A DNA stretch of 64,000 nucleotides from contig JALORC010000003.1 of NCBI GenBank assembly GCA_025459175.1, positions 6,819 to 70,818 on the forward strand, read 5' to 3'. A program made the position numbers and the translations under genes. The notes under the pieces were generated by a model that ran no database searches, was not told the origin of the DNA, and was given only the letters and a program-made list of their open reading frames with translations. Shown in pieces: positions 19,257 to 29,653 of this stretch (within the stretch, counting starts at the first letter, position 1; every line of letters begins with the position of its first letter). This stretch comes from Planctomycetota bacterium. GTDB taxonomy: Bacteria; Planctomycetota; UBA1135; UBA2386.

Positions 19257-19362
19257 GACGAGCGGGGAACATACCCGGACCATCCGCACCGCCGCCGCCG
19301 GCCCATCGCCAACACCATGATTCGCTCCGGTCGCCGCGCCGGCGCGGCCGATGCCATCGGCG

Positions 19363-20451
19363 ATGGAGACCAATTGCCCGTATCGCGGCCTGCCCGACCG
19401 CGCCGTGTGGCGGCAGTGCGTCGGTCGGCGCACGATCGAGACGATCCTGCCGCTCGACGACGACTCGGCGCCGATCGCCCGCGGCACCAAGATCGCCTCC
19501 GCCGGCAGCTGCTTCGCGCAACGCATCGCCGAACACGTGGCAGGACTCGGACTCGAACACCTCGTCACCGAGCCGGGGCCGTCCTTCCTCGCGCCACCCG
19601 AACGCAAGCAGCTCGGCTACGGCATCTACTCGGCGCGCTACGGCAACGTCTACACCGCCGAACAGCTGGCGCAGCTGCTCGAACGCGCCTACGGCCACTT
19701 CGCTCCGAGCGAGCCGCCGTGGCGGAAGGGCGAACGCCACGTCGATCCGTTCCGGCCCGGCATCAACCACACCGGGTTCGTGTCGGTCGACGAGTGCCTC
19801 GAGGACCGCCGCCAGCACCTCGCCGCGGTGCGCATGCTGATCGAGCGCGCCGAGGTGTTCGTGGTCACGCTCGGCCTCACCGAGGCGTGGCGCAGCCGCG
19901 CTGACGGCGCCGTGTTCCCGGCCTGTCCGGGCTGCGGTCACGGTGGCGACTTCGATCCGGAACGGCACGAGTTCGTCGACTTCCGCCTGGAGCAAGTGGT
20001 CGCCGCACTCGATCGCTTCGTGACGCTCGCGCGTCACCACAATCCCGACCTGCGGTTCGTGCTGACGGTGTCGCCGGTGCCGCTGCTGGCGACGTTCACC
20101 CGGCGCCACGTGCTGACCGCGACCACCGCGGCGAAGGCCGTGCTGCGGGTCGCCTGCGACGAACTGCGGCGCCGCCACCGCGGCATCGACTACTTCCCGG
20201 CCTTCGAGCTGGTGCAGGCCGGTGGCCCCGGGTGGGCGTTCGCCGACGATCGGCGCACGGTGCAGCCGCGCGCGGTCGCGCACATCATGGCGTGCTTCGC
20301 GGCCCAGTTCGGGCTCGATGTGGCACCGGCCTTCGGCCAGCTACCGAGCGCCGCGCCGGCGACCGAACCGGTGACGAGGATCCCGCCGCGGCCCGTGGTA
20401 TGTGACGAGGACACGATCCTCGCCGCGATGCTGCAGGAACGCGGCCGATGA
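19363..20451 (+). CDS. GSCFA-domain protein
   Basis: IASAGSCFAQ, YSARYGNVYT, VVTLGLTEAW, LTVSPVPL, YFPAFE, CDE. ATG 19351 is an alternative start. Confidence 0.9.
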   Translation: METNCPYRGLPDRAVWRQCVGRRTIETILPLDDDSAPIARGTKIASAGSCFAQRIAEHVAGLGLEHLVTEPGPSFLAPPERKQLGYGIYSARYGNVYTAEQLAQLLERAYGHFAPSEPPWRKGERHVDPFRPGINHTGFVSVDECLEDRRQHLAAVRMLIERAEVFVVTLGLTEAWRSRADGAVFPACPGCGHGGDFDPERHEFVDFRLEQVVAALDRFVTLARHHNPDLRFVLTVSPVPLLATFTRRHVLTATTAAKAVLRVACDELRRRHRGIDYFPAFELVQAGGPGWAFADDRRTVQPRAVAHIMACFAAQFGLDVAPAFGQLPSAAPATEPVTRIPPRPVVCDEDTILAAMLQERGR

Positions 20452-21908
20452 CGCCGGTCGAACGGATCGAACCGCTGCACTGCCTCGGCGAGAGTCATTG
20501 CCTGCGCTTCCGCGATCGACTGTGGCGCGGCGAACGACCGGCGCGGCTGCTGCACGCGCGCAGCCATTTCCTGCCGGGTGTCGAGGCGAACAACTTCACC
20601 GCCGACGACGGCCTGCACGCGGACCTGGCGGCGGCACTGCTCGCGGCCGGCTTGTGCAGCGAGCACCGGCACGAGGACGGCAGCGTCACGGTCGAAGCGA
20701 GCCATCGTCCGACCACGTTCGCGACCCGGGTGCTGGCGGCGCGCCACGCGGCCCTCGCCGACGAACCGCTGCAGGCGCCGGCGCTGCTGCTGTTCGCCGG
20801 CGACAAGGAACTGCACTCGCTGGCGATGGCGATCGGGCCCGCGGTCGACTTCGAACTGCCGGGCGATCCGGGCTACGGCGCCGTGACGGGTGCCACCAGG
20901 GTGCCGTACGACACCGTCGAGGCCGCGTTCGCGGCGCGGCTCGAACCGTTCGGAGTGGGACTGCGCATGCTGCGGGACGCCGGCTTCGACCGCACGCTGG
21001 TGCACGGTCTGCTGCCGCGGGTCCGCGACGACGCGCGCAACGCGCAGTGGTGCCACGGCACGCAGCTGCCGGCCATCCTGCGCAGCAAGCTGGCGATCGT
21101 CGGCAATCGGCTGCTGGCCGCGGCGTGCCAGCGCGCCGGCATCGGTTTCGTCGACGTCTGGCCCGAGCTGGCCACTTCGGGCTATCTCGATCCGCGCTTC
21201 GACCTCGACGGCCTGCACGCCAATCACCTCGCCACCGAAGTGTCGCTGCCGACGATCGCGGCGGCGCTCGCGCGGCTGGAGTCCGCATGCATCAACGACG
21301 CCCAGTACGAGCTGCTGCACGAACTGGCGGTCGAGCGCGAGCCGGCGGCGGAGCCGCGCAGCGCGACGTTCGCCGCGGCCGGCTACTCGCTGTGGCCGGC
21401 ACCGATGGAGCCGTTGCGCGCCGGGGCTGGCGACGAACGGGTCGCGGCCGCGCTCACGCAGCCGGCGCTGCGCGACCTGCTGGAGGCCGGCTGGTCCCGC
21501 GAGTGCGGCCTGATCGGCATCACCGACGGAACCGGATCCGATCACCATGCAACGCCAACCAAGGCGGACACGGCCCGCGCGGCGATCTACGCCGCGGACC
21601 AGCCGCTTCAGGTTCGTTGCCTGCCGAGGGACGAATCGACCACTGCATCCAATCTGTCGCTGGCGGCCGGCGCCCTGCTGGTGTTCGACCCGGCGCGGGT
21701 GTCCGTTCAGTGTGAGTCACCGGGCCACGGGGCGCTGCAGCTGTACGTATTGCCGAGGCTGCCGGCCGAGGCGTTGCAAGTCGTGCGCCTGCCGACCGCC
21801 GCCTGGCCGGTCGATCCGTTCCGCGTCGCCGATGCGAACCCGGGCGCACCGGGCATCGTACGCCGCTGGCGTGAGGTCGCGGGCCGCACCGTGCTCACGA
21901 CGCCCTGA
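20448..21908 (+). CDS. Hypothetical protein with SGNH-hydrolase-like motifs
   Basis: CLGESH near the N-terminus and DGLHAN (DxxH); ATGA overlap with the GSCFA gene. Confidence 0.6.
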   Translation: MTPVERIEPLHCLGESHCLRFRDRLWRGERPARLLHARSHFLPGVEANNFTADDGLHADLAAALLAAGLCSEHRHEDGSVTVEASHRPTTFATRVLAARHAALADEPLQAPALLLFAGDKELHSLAMAIGPAVDFELPGDPGYGAVTGATRVPYDTVEAAFAARLEPFGVGLRMLRDAGFDRTLVHGLLPRVRDDARNAQWCHGTQLPAILRSKLAIVGNRLLAAACQRAGIGFVDVWPELATSGYLDPRFDLDGLHANHLATEVSLPTIAAALARLESACINDAQYELLHELAVEREPAAEPRSATFAAAGYSLWPAPMEPLRAGAGDERVAAALTQPALRDLLEAGWSRECGLIGITDGTGSDHHATPTKADTARAAIYAADQPLQVRCLPRDESTTASNLSLAAGALLVFDPARVSVQCESPGHGALQLYVLPRLPAEALQVVRLPTAAWPVDPFRVADANPGAPGIVRRWREVAGRTVLTTP

Positions 21909-22140
21909 ACGAGCCGCTGTCGCACCGCGCGATGCCATGGCGGTTCGGGCGACGGATCGGGCTGCACTCCCACGACGCGAGAACGACGACGCGACCGACG
22001 CGAATCCCCTGCCATCTACCGCGGGATCGAGCTGACGTCCGGTGGTATGGTGCGCCGGACACGGCGAGTCGGCCGGACGGTCGCGGTTTGTTCGGCCCCA
22101 CTGGCCAGGCCTCTTGCCACTGCCGAAGACGAACGTGCAC

Positions 22141-23178
22141 ATGCTCCGATCCCTCCTGCACGTCCTCCTGTTCCTCGCCGGGCTGCTCGGCACTGCGGCC
22201 ACCGTCCTCCACTGCGATGCGCTGCCGTTCTGGAGCTGGGCGCGCCAGAAGCTGGGCTACGCGCAACAGACGCTCGATCAGTGGGACACCCTGTTCGTCG
22301 GCAGCAGTCGTGTGCACCGCGGCATCGACCCGGCGGAGTTCGACCGGCGAGCCGCCGAGCTCGGCGTCGCCACCAGTTCGTACAACCTGGGCCTCGCCGG
22401 CGTGCGACCGATCGATTTCGTCCAGGTGATCGCATGGCTGTGCCAACAGCCGAAGCTGCGGGCGAAGCGCTGCATCATCGAGATCCACGGCCACGACCAG
22501 GTGCGCGCGCAGGCGAACCGGATGTCCGACACGATCATCGAAGTGCACCCGCCGAGCCTGCTCCCGCTCCGGGTCGAGGCGGCCTTCTGCTATCCGTACA
22601 CGAACCGGAAGCGGCTCGAACTGCTCGGCAACATCGGTGCGCACACGCTGGTCAACGGACTGCGCGTCGGACAAGGCACGCGCCTGCTCGACGATCTGCT
22701 GCGGACCGATCCGTTCGGGCCTCCATCCCCCGGCTACCAGGGGTTCGACGACGTGAAGTCCGAGCTGCAACAGCCCGAACGCAGGCGCAACAACGAGGAG
22801 TGGCTCGGGAACCCGGCAAAAGCCCAGGGCTATCTCGACTGGAAGGTCAAGGTGCCGCTACCGCCGCCGCTGGTCGGCGGACTCTCGACGGCCGTGATAC
22901 GCGAGCAAGCTCGCCTGCTGCGCGAGGTGGGCATCCGGCCGATCTTCGTGGTCATGCCGGTCTGGTCGCAGAGCCTGCAGGGGCGCGATGCGCTGCCCGA
23001 GCTCGCCAAGGAACTGGACATCGTCGTGCTGGACCGCCCGGACGAGTTCCCCGACCTGTTCCGGCACGAGGACTACTTCGACTCCGACCACCTGACAGCA
23101 GCCGGTGCCCAGCGGTTCTCGAAGTTCTTCGCCGAGACCCTGATCGAGCGCAAGCTGCTGACGGCGGACTCGCGCTGA
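22141..23178 (+). CDS. SGNH-like (DUF1574/DltD-like) exported protein
   Basis: N-terminal TM; FVGSSRVHRGIDP, YNLGLAG, FDSDHLTAAGA. Confidence 0.7.
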   Translation: MLRSLLHVLLFLAGLLGTAATVLHCDALPFWSWARQKLGYAQQTLDQWDTLFVGSSRVHRGIDPAEFDRRAAELGVATSSYNLGLAGVRPIDFVQVIAWLCQQPKLRAKRCIIEIHGHDQVRAQANRMSDTIIEVHPPSLLPLRVEAAFCYPYTNRKRLELLGNIGAHTLVNGLRVGQGTRLLDDLLRTDPFGPPSPGYQGFDDVKSELQQPERRRNNEEWLGNPAKAQGYLDWKVKVPLPPPLVGGLSTAVIREQARLLREVGIRPIFVVMPVWSQSLQGRDALPELAKELDIVVLDRPDEFPDLFRHEDYFDSDHLTAAGAQRFSKFFAETLIERKLLTADSR

Positions 23179-23206
23179 TCGCCGCGCCGAACGGCTGGTG
23201 TGCCCC

Positions 23207-25414
23207 TCAGCCGCCGATCGTGCTGCGCGCCGCGCCGGAGACGACGAAGCCGAACGAGTTGACGCTCGGATCGAACACCAGCCACTGGTGGTAGAGCCGA
23301 CCGCCGATCAGCGCCGCCTGGTCCGGGATCGGCAACGGCAGCGCAGCGCTGCCGCCCGCGTCGGTCGCGACGACCGCGGACAGGTCACCGGACGCGAACA
23401 GCTGGCACGGCCCCGCACCCGGGATCGTCCACGGCAGCGGGATGCCGGCGTAGCTGGTGTCCGAGAAGCCGGTCGCCAGCACCCCGAGGCTCAGGCCCTT
23501 GGCCCGCGCCAACGTGATCGAGAAGGTGCTGGCGACGATCGGCAACCCGGCGTTGCCGAGGGTCGGCACCGCGTTGTTGACGCCGCCGCCGCAACCGAGG
23601 CGCACCGCCGGCTGCTGGATCAACGTGGACTGCTGCCAGGTGCCGGTGCCCGGCGTGCGGTAGCAACCGACGCCCGCACTGCCCGCGGTCAACTCGCTGA
23701 CCGTGGTGGTCTGCGCCGAGTGGTCGATCGACACCCAGAAGGTGCCGTTCACCGCCACCGGGGTCGGCAGCGTCGCCGTGTAGAAGGCACCCACCGGCCC
23801 GACCGTGATGCTGGTCGACGCGAGCGGCGTGCCCGACGGCAGCGTGCCGTTCGTCGCGTAGACGTAGGCGCCGACCGTGACGTTGCCGCCGGTCGTGCTG
23901 CGCAGGAACACGTCGAACGACGACAGCGTCTCCGGCTGCGCGCTGCTGACGCGATAGGCGTACTCCCAGCTGCGCGTGAGGCCCTCGAGCACACCGCCGC
24001 CGGTGTTGACGCCGACGCAGGTCGGTGGCACCACGCCAGTGCCGGCGCAACCCTGCCCGTACGGCTCGAACAGCGCCGGATTGGCGAGTGCGGGCTCGGC
24101 GAGCTCGGCCAGGCCGGCGAGCACCGACTGCGTGATCATGCGCGACCGCACGAAGTCGTTGGTCGACTGCACGAAGTCGTCGTTGCTGGTGTGGATGAAG
24201 GGCGTCCAGTTGCCGAGATCCTCGAACGGGAACGCCGCGGCGAAGCCGTTCTCGAAGAACGCGCGGTGGTCGCTGGTGCCGGCACTCAGCGGACCGACGT
24301 TGGTCTGCAGCGCCGGCACGTAGGTCTGCGTCCAGCCGACCAGCGCGGTGATCAGGCTCGGGGTCGAGTCGTTGGTGACGTAGTCGACCGAGTAGGTGTC
24401 CCCGGGCGCCCGGTAGGCATTCATGTCGGTGTTGATGTAGGCGACGATCTGCTGGTTCTGCGCCGCCGCGTTCTGCGCGTATGCGCGCGATCCGACCAGT
24501 CCGAACTCCTCGGCGTTCCACCACGCGAAGCGCACCGTGCGACGGAACTGCCGGGTCGAGAAGATGCGCGCGATCTCGAGCACCGCGGCGGAGCCGGAGG
24601 CGTTGTCGTCGGCACCGGGCGAACGATTGGCGGCGGTGCCCGCGATCGAGTCCAGGTGCGCCCCGACCATCACGATCTCGTTCGCGAGTTCGGTGCCGGG
24701 AATCTCGACGACGATGTTGGGGCCGTACTGGGTGCTGAAGGTCTGCGTCGTGAACGGCAGGCCGAGCTGCGTCAGCCGGTTGGTCACGTAGGTGACGGCC
24801 TGCGCGTTCTCCGCCCGATTGGCGCGGCGGGTGAAGATCGCCGCCAGCGCCTGCACGTGGCTCGACAGGTTGGCCTGATTGACCTCCGCGACCATGGTCG
24901 CGATCCGCGGATCAGGGCCGGTGCCCAGCAAGCTCGCGGTCGCGGCGACCGGCGCCGTGCCCGTTCCGCGCGGCGCCGCATACGGCTGCGCCAGCGAGAA
25001 CACCTGCACGCCGCCGTGGAAGCCGGAGCTGTGGCAGTCGCTCGGCAACGTGGCCGGCACCGCAGCCGTGACGAACCAGCTGCGGCGCGCGCGCAGCAGG
25101 CGACCGTGGATCGCGCCCGCACCGCTGCGGGTGCGCGCCGAGACCACCAGCACTTCGCCGGGCTGGACCGGACCGAGCAGCTCGGTGGTGACGCCGGCCA
25201 CCGCGGCCTGCGCGGCGGCGGAGCCGAGCCGGGCGAGGCCGGTCCGACCGAGGTCGCCGTAGAACGCGCCGGCCTGGATCAGCGCCGTGCGCACGGTCAG
25301 GTCGGTGCCGAAGTCGACGAGGTGCAGGTCGCTGATCGGTTGGCCCGCGCTCTGCGCGGCGGGCGCGGCGGTCAGGAACGGCAGGACGAGGAGGGCGGAA
25401 AGCAGTCGGCGCAT
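23207..25414 (-). CDS. Secreted M28-family (leucyl) aminopeptidase with shared C-terminal domain
   Basis: Signal peptide; GAHLDS, PGADDNASG, NAEEFGLVGS, NTDM, SDH, IHTSND; ends YHQWLVFDPSVNSFGFVVSGAARSTIGG. Confidence 0.9.
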   Translation of the reverse strand: MRRLLSALLVLPFLTAAPAAQSAGQPISDLHLVDFGTDLTVRTALIQAGAFYGDLGRTGLARLGSAAAQAAVAGVTTELLGPVQPGEVLVVSARTRSGAGAIHGRLLRARRSWFVTAAVPATLPSDCHSSGFHGGVQVFSLAQPYAAPRGTGTAPVAATASLLGTGPDPRIATMVAEVNQANLSSHVQALAAIFTRRANRAENAQAVTYVTNRLTQLGLPFTTQTFSTQYGPNIVVEIPGTELANEIVMVGAHLDSIAGTAANRSPGADDNASGSAAVLEIARIFSTRQFRRTVRFAWWNAEEFGLVGSRAYAQNAAAQNQQIVAYINTDMNAYRAPGDTYSVDYVTNDSTPSLITALVGWTQTYVPALQTNVGPLSAGTSDHRAFFENGFAAAFPFEDLGNWTPFIHTSNDDFVQSTNDFVRSRMITQSVLAGLAELAEPALANPALFEPYGQGCAGTGVVPPTCVGVNTGGGVLEGLTRSWEYAYRVSSAQPETLSSFDVFLRSTTGGNVTVGAYVYATNGTLPSGTPLASTSITVGPVGAFYTATLPTPVAVNGTFWVSIDHSAQTTTVSELTAGSAGVGCYRTPGTGTWQQSTLIQQPAVRLGCGGGVNNAVPTLGNAGLPIVASTFSITLARAKGLSLGVLATGFSDTSYAGIPLPWTIPGAGPCQLFASGDLSAVVATDAGGSAALPLPIPDQAALIGGRLYHQWLVFDPSVNSFGFVVSGAARSTIGG

Positions 25415-25580
25415 GATCGAACGGTCCGGGGGCGAGCGGGCAGGCAGCGGCGAGACGATACGAGGCCCGCGCGCCCCCGCCAACCCACCCGGCGGCGCGG
25501 CCGCGGCCGCATCGCGCGACGCCCCGACCGCGGCCGGCCCGTGGCATGGCGGGGTCGTCGAGTGCCCCGGGGCCCCGCGA

Positions 25581-26306
25581 TCAGCCGAGCCGCCGCAGCA
25601 CGACCACCATCTCACGTTCGTTGGCGACGAACTCGGCGAGCTCGAAGCGCGGATACCCGGACCGCGTCTGCAGCGTCGTCAGCAGCTGCAGGAACCCGGT
25701 CTGCGACCAGCAGTGGAAGTGGATCCGGAAGTCCTTCGTCTCCAGGTCCGCGACCGCGGTCGCGATCGCGGCCTCGCCCTCGACCTTCATCGCGTCACGC
25801 ACGACCTCGACATAGTGCTCGTGCCGCGAACCGGCCGGTCCCTGTTCGTGATCGCGCAGCACGTGTTCGACGCTGGTCGGCGTGCGCTCGCGATCGAACG
25901 TGTGCCGCATGTCGGGCACCGACAGGTAGACGACGCCACCCGGCCGCACCACGCGCAGCAGATTGCGCAGCGTGCCGACCGGGTCCTCGCAGTGTTCGAA
26001 GAAGTGATTGGCGGCGACGAAGTCCTGGCTGCCGTCGGCGATCGTCCCGAGCTTCTCGCCGTCGTCGACGACATCGACCGGCACCAGGTGCCGGCGCGCC
26101 TTGCGCGGATACATGCGCCGCAGCGCCTCGGTCGGCGCGATGTCGACGTAACGCACCTTGACGCCCTTGGGCATCGGCATCGGGTCCTGCAGCGCGCCGA
26201 TCTCGAGCCCGCTGCCACGCAGATGGCGATCGATGACAGTGAGCCGGCCGAGGTACTGGCGGAAGGGTGTCACCAGCTTCTTGGCCAGGCGCCGCAGGTC
26301 GAGCAT
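25581..26306 (-). CDS. SAM-dependent methyltransferase (type 11)
   Basis: GLEIGAL, DFVAANHFFEH, LRVVRPGG, TFDRER. Confidence 0.88.
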   Translation of the reverse strand: MLDLRRLAKKLVTPFRQYLGRLTVIDRHLRGSGLEIGALQDPMPMPKGVKVRYVDIAPTEALRRMYPRKARRHLVPVDVVDDGEKLGTIADGSQDFVAANHFFEHCEDPVGTLRNLLRVVRPGGVVYLSVPDMRHTFDRERTPTSVEHVLRDHEQGPAGSRHEHYVEVVRDAMKVEGEAAIATAVADLETKDFRIHFHCWSQTGFLQLLTTLQTRSGYPRFELAEFVANEREMVVVLRRLG

Positions 26307-26452
26307 GCCGCGGTGCTATCGGGCGTTCGGCGGCGGGGCTTGAGCGGGGGCGTCGCGGCATGACGCCGCCGACGGCCGCGGATCCTGTTGCGTTCGCGCC
26401 GTGACGGCACTCACCAGGACGGCTGCCGCGACGGTAGCCTCTGCGCGGAACG

Positions 26453-29400
26453 ATGGCCGAACCAGACGACGAGGATCCGATCGAGCGGATCATGGCATCC
26501 CTGCTCGCGGTCTCGCCGCTGCCCTCGGATGCCGAGGTCGAGGCGGCGGTGTCGTCGCATCCGGAGCATGCGGCGACCTTGCGCCAGCGGGTCCGGTTTC
26601 TGCGGGCGGTGACGCCGCCCCCACCATCGGCCTTCGCGACGCGGCTCGGCGGCTACGAACTCGGCGACCGGATCGGCGGCGGTGGCATGGGGATCGTGCA
26701 TCGCGCCCGGGAGCTGGCGACCGGGCGTTGCGTCGCGCTGAAGCAGATCCGCCCGGAGCAACAGTGGCTGCCGGCAGCCCGGGCACGTTTCCGGCGCGAG
26801 ATCGCCGCCGTGGTCGCCCTGTCGCACCCGGGCATCGCCACGGTCTACGGCGCCGGCGAGACGGACGACGTGCCGTGGCTGGCGATGGAGCTGGTCGAAG
26901 GCACTTCGCTGCAGGCCCGTCTCGAGACACTGCGCCCTGCCGACCCGGCGACGCTGTCGGCCGCCGCGTTGGCCGGCGACCCAGTGGGGAACTACGCGGA
27001 TGCCGTCGTGCGCCTGGTGTCGCAGGTCGCCGAGGCGCTGGTGCACGCGCACGGCCGCGGGGTCGTGCACCGCGACATCAAGCCCAGCAACATCATGGTC
27101 GAGGCAGGCGGACGCACCCGCCTGATCGACTTCGGCCTGGCCTGGTTCGAAGGTGCCGACAGCTTGACGGGGACCGGCACGCAGCCGGGCTCGTTGGCGT
27201 GGATGTCGCCCGAACAGGTGCGCGGCGAACCGGTCGACGCTCGCACCGATGTGTGGTCGCTCGGCACGGTGCTGTACGAAGCACTGACGCTGCACTCGCC
27301 GTTCTTGATGCCGACGGAGGCGGCGACGCGGGCGAGCATCCTGTCGGCCCGTCCTGCCCCGCTGCGCGACCACAATGCGCGGGTCACGGCCGACCTGCTG
27401 GCGGTGGTCGCGACCGCTCTGGCCCCCGAACGCCACCGCCGCTATGCGACGATGGCCGCGTTCGCCGGCGACCTGCGGGCGCTGCTGGCTCACCAACCCG
27501 TGGCGGCGCGGCAGCCGAGTTCGTTCGTGCGCCTGTCGCGGCTGTGCCGGCGCCACCCGGTGCGCACCCTGCTGGCGCTGACCGGAATGTCGCTGTTGCT
27601 GCTGCCCACGGCACTGCTGTGGCAAGAGCGCCAGGCCGGCTTCCGAATCCAACGCGAAGCGGATCGCGCCGCCGCGGCCGAACGGAAGAGTCGCGCCGAT
27701 GCGTCGGCGGCCTGGCAGGTGGTCGGGTTCCTCGAGAACGTGTTCGAGGAGGCGGCGCCGGAGTACGGCGACGGCAGCAACGCGACCCTGCGCGATGCCC
27801 TCGAACGGGGCATCCGCGAGATCCGTTCCGGTGTGCACGCCGATCCCGCGCTGCGCGCTCGCTTGCTCGAAGCGATGTCGCGCGCGTGCCTGAAGACCGG
27901 CTGGGCCGAGGAAGCGGTGGCGCTGATGGGTGAAGCCGATGCGCTGCTCGACCAGCTGCCGGCGCCCGAGGCACGCGAACGCGAGCAGCGGGCGTGGCAT
28001 CGAGCGCAGTTGCTGCGCCTCCAAGGGCGGTGGCACGACTACGGCGAGGCGGTGCAGAACCTGCTGGACCAACCGGGAGTGCAGCCGGCGTTCGCGGCCA
28101 CGCTGCAGCTCCAGCTCGCCGAACTGGCGCGGCGCGACGGCCGGTTCGACGAGGCCCGAGCACGGTTCGAAGCTGGCCTGTCGGCGATGCGAGCGACGGC
28201 GGGAACCGAGGATCGCGCGCTGGTCAGACCACTGCTCGGTTACGCCGAACTGCTGCTGCACACCGAAGGCGCCGGGGCCACGGTGCCACACGTCGAAGCT
28301 GCCGCCGCGATCAGTGCACGGATCCCGATCCACCTGCCCGAGCGCGGTTGGGCGCTGGCCAGGATCGCGTGGTTCTACGAAGCCTGGGCGCGCTACGAAG
28401 AGGCGCGCAAGCTGGCCGAGGTCGCACTCGCCGAAGCCGACACCGGCGGCATCGCGCCACGGCACCCGCTGCGTGGGATCCTGCATTGCCTGATCGCGAC
28501 GCAGACCTCGCTGCTGAACGACCGGCGGGCGGCCATGGTGCACGGCGAGCGAGCGATCGATCTGTTGCGCGGCGCGTCCACCGCCACCGGCGTGCATCTC
28601 GCCCGCGCCCTCAACGTGACCGCCGATGCAGCGCTGTTCCTCGGCGATGCCGCCCGCGGTCGGCAATGGGCGGACGAAGCGCTGCAGGTCGCGAGCAAGC
28701 TGGCGGAACCAGACGAACGGCTGCTCGCGCAGATCCACTTCACCCGCGCCACCTCGCCGGCGTTCCCGCTGACACGCGAACAACGCATCGCGGAGTACGA
28801 GCTGATGCTGCAGCACGCGGCGAACGCCCCCACCATGCAGCCCGACCTGATCAGCCGAGCCATGGCGGAACTGGCGCAGGCGCTGGTGCGAGCCGGCCGT
28901 TCCCCGGAGGCATCGACGGTCATGGAACGACTGCGCACCCGGATGGCTGGCGCTGCGACCGAACCGTCGGTGCTGCGGGCACAGGTGCTCGCGCTGAGCT
29001 GCTGGACGACCGCCAAGTTGGGCGACCTGCCGGCGGCGGCAACGTTGGCCGAACAGGCCTGGGCGATGCTCGAAGCGTGCCGAGCGACCGACAGTCCCAC
29101 CGGCGCCCTGACCGCCAGGTATCTGGGCTGGATCCGCATGCAGTCCCGACAGTTCGAACCGGCAGCGGCATCGCTGGAGCAGGCGCTGGGCCTGATCCGC
29201 AAGCACCACGGACCAGCGCAGTGCGGCGAAGTGGTCGACATGCTGGTGACCACCAACTTCCGCCTGGGCCGCTTCGCCGCCAACGAGCCGCTGTTGCGGG
29301 AATCGCTGACGATCGAGAACCCGCCGCCGGGAACCTCCCCGCGGCCACTGCGCCACTCGATGCTGGGCCGCGTTCTCCACGAGCTCGGCCGCCACGACGA

Positions 29401-29626
29401 AGCCACCGAGCAGATCGACCTGGCGTTGACGGCATTCGAGAAATGGGAACGGGTCCACCTCGAACTGTCGGCCCAGACCATCGAGACCGCGCTGTTGATC
29501 GCGCAGGGGCAGGCCGACGCCGGCAGCCGACGCACGCGACTCGAGCGGGTGCGGGCATTCGCCTTGCGCGTGTTGCCGGCCGAACACCGGCTCCACGGCA
29601 AGATCGCCGAGGCACTGGCGCAGTGA
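26453..29626 (+). CDS. Hanks-type Ser/Thr protein kinase with TM and TPR-like C-terminus
   Basis: IGGGGMGIVH, VALK, HRDIKPSN, IDFGLA, WMSPEQ, DVWSLG; central hydrophobic segment; helical repeats. Confidence 0.93.
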   Translation: MAEPDDEDPIERIMASLLAVSPLPSDAEVEAAVSSHPEHAATLRQRVRFLRAVTPPPPSAFATRLGGYELGDRIGGGGMGIVHRARELATGRCVALKQIRPEQQWLPAARARFRREIAAVVALSHPGIATVYGAGETDDVPWLAMELVEGTSLQARLETLRPADPATLSAAALAGDPVGNYADAVVRLVSQVAEALVHAHGRGVVHRDIKPSNIMVEAGGRTRLIDFGLAWFEGADSLTGTGTQPGSLAWMSPEQVRGEPVDARTDVWSLGTVLYEALTLHSPFLMPTEAATRASILSARPAPLRDHNARVTADLLAVVATALAPERHRRYATMAAFAGDLRALLAHQPVAARQPSSFVRLSRLCRRHPVRTLLALTGMSLLLLPTALLWQERQAGFRIQREADRAAAAERKSRADASAAWQVVGFLENVFEEAAPEYGDGSNATLRDALERGIREIRSGVHADPALRARLLEAMSRACLKTGWAEEAVALMGEADALLDQLPAPEAREREQRAWHRAQLLRLQGRWHDYGEAVQNLLDQPGVQPAFAATLQLQLAELARRDGRFDEARARFEAGLSAMRATAGTEDRALVRPLLGYAELLLHTEGAGATVPHVEAAAAISARIPIHLPERGWALARIAWFYEAWARYEEARKLAEVALAEADTGGIAPRHPLRGILHCLIATQTSLLNDRRAAMVHGERAIDLLRGASTATGVHLARALNVTADAALFLGDAARGRQWADEALQVASKLAEPDERLLAQIHFTRATSPAFPLTREQRIAEYELMLQHAANAPTMQPDLISRAMAELAQALVRAGRSPEASTVMERLRTRMAGAATEPSVLRAQVLALSCWTTAKLGDLPAAATLAEQAWAMLEACRATDSPTGALTARYLGWIRMQSRQFEPAAASLEQALGLIRKHHGPAQCGEVVDMLVTTNFRLGRFAANEPLLRESLTIENPPPGTSPRPLRHSMLGRVLHELGRHDEATEQIDLALTAFEKWERVHLELSAQTIETALLIAQGQADAGSRRTRLERVRAFALRVLPAEHRLHGKIAEALAQ

Positions 29627-29653
29627 CCTCGGGGCGCCGCGGCACCGACGACC

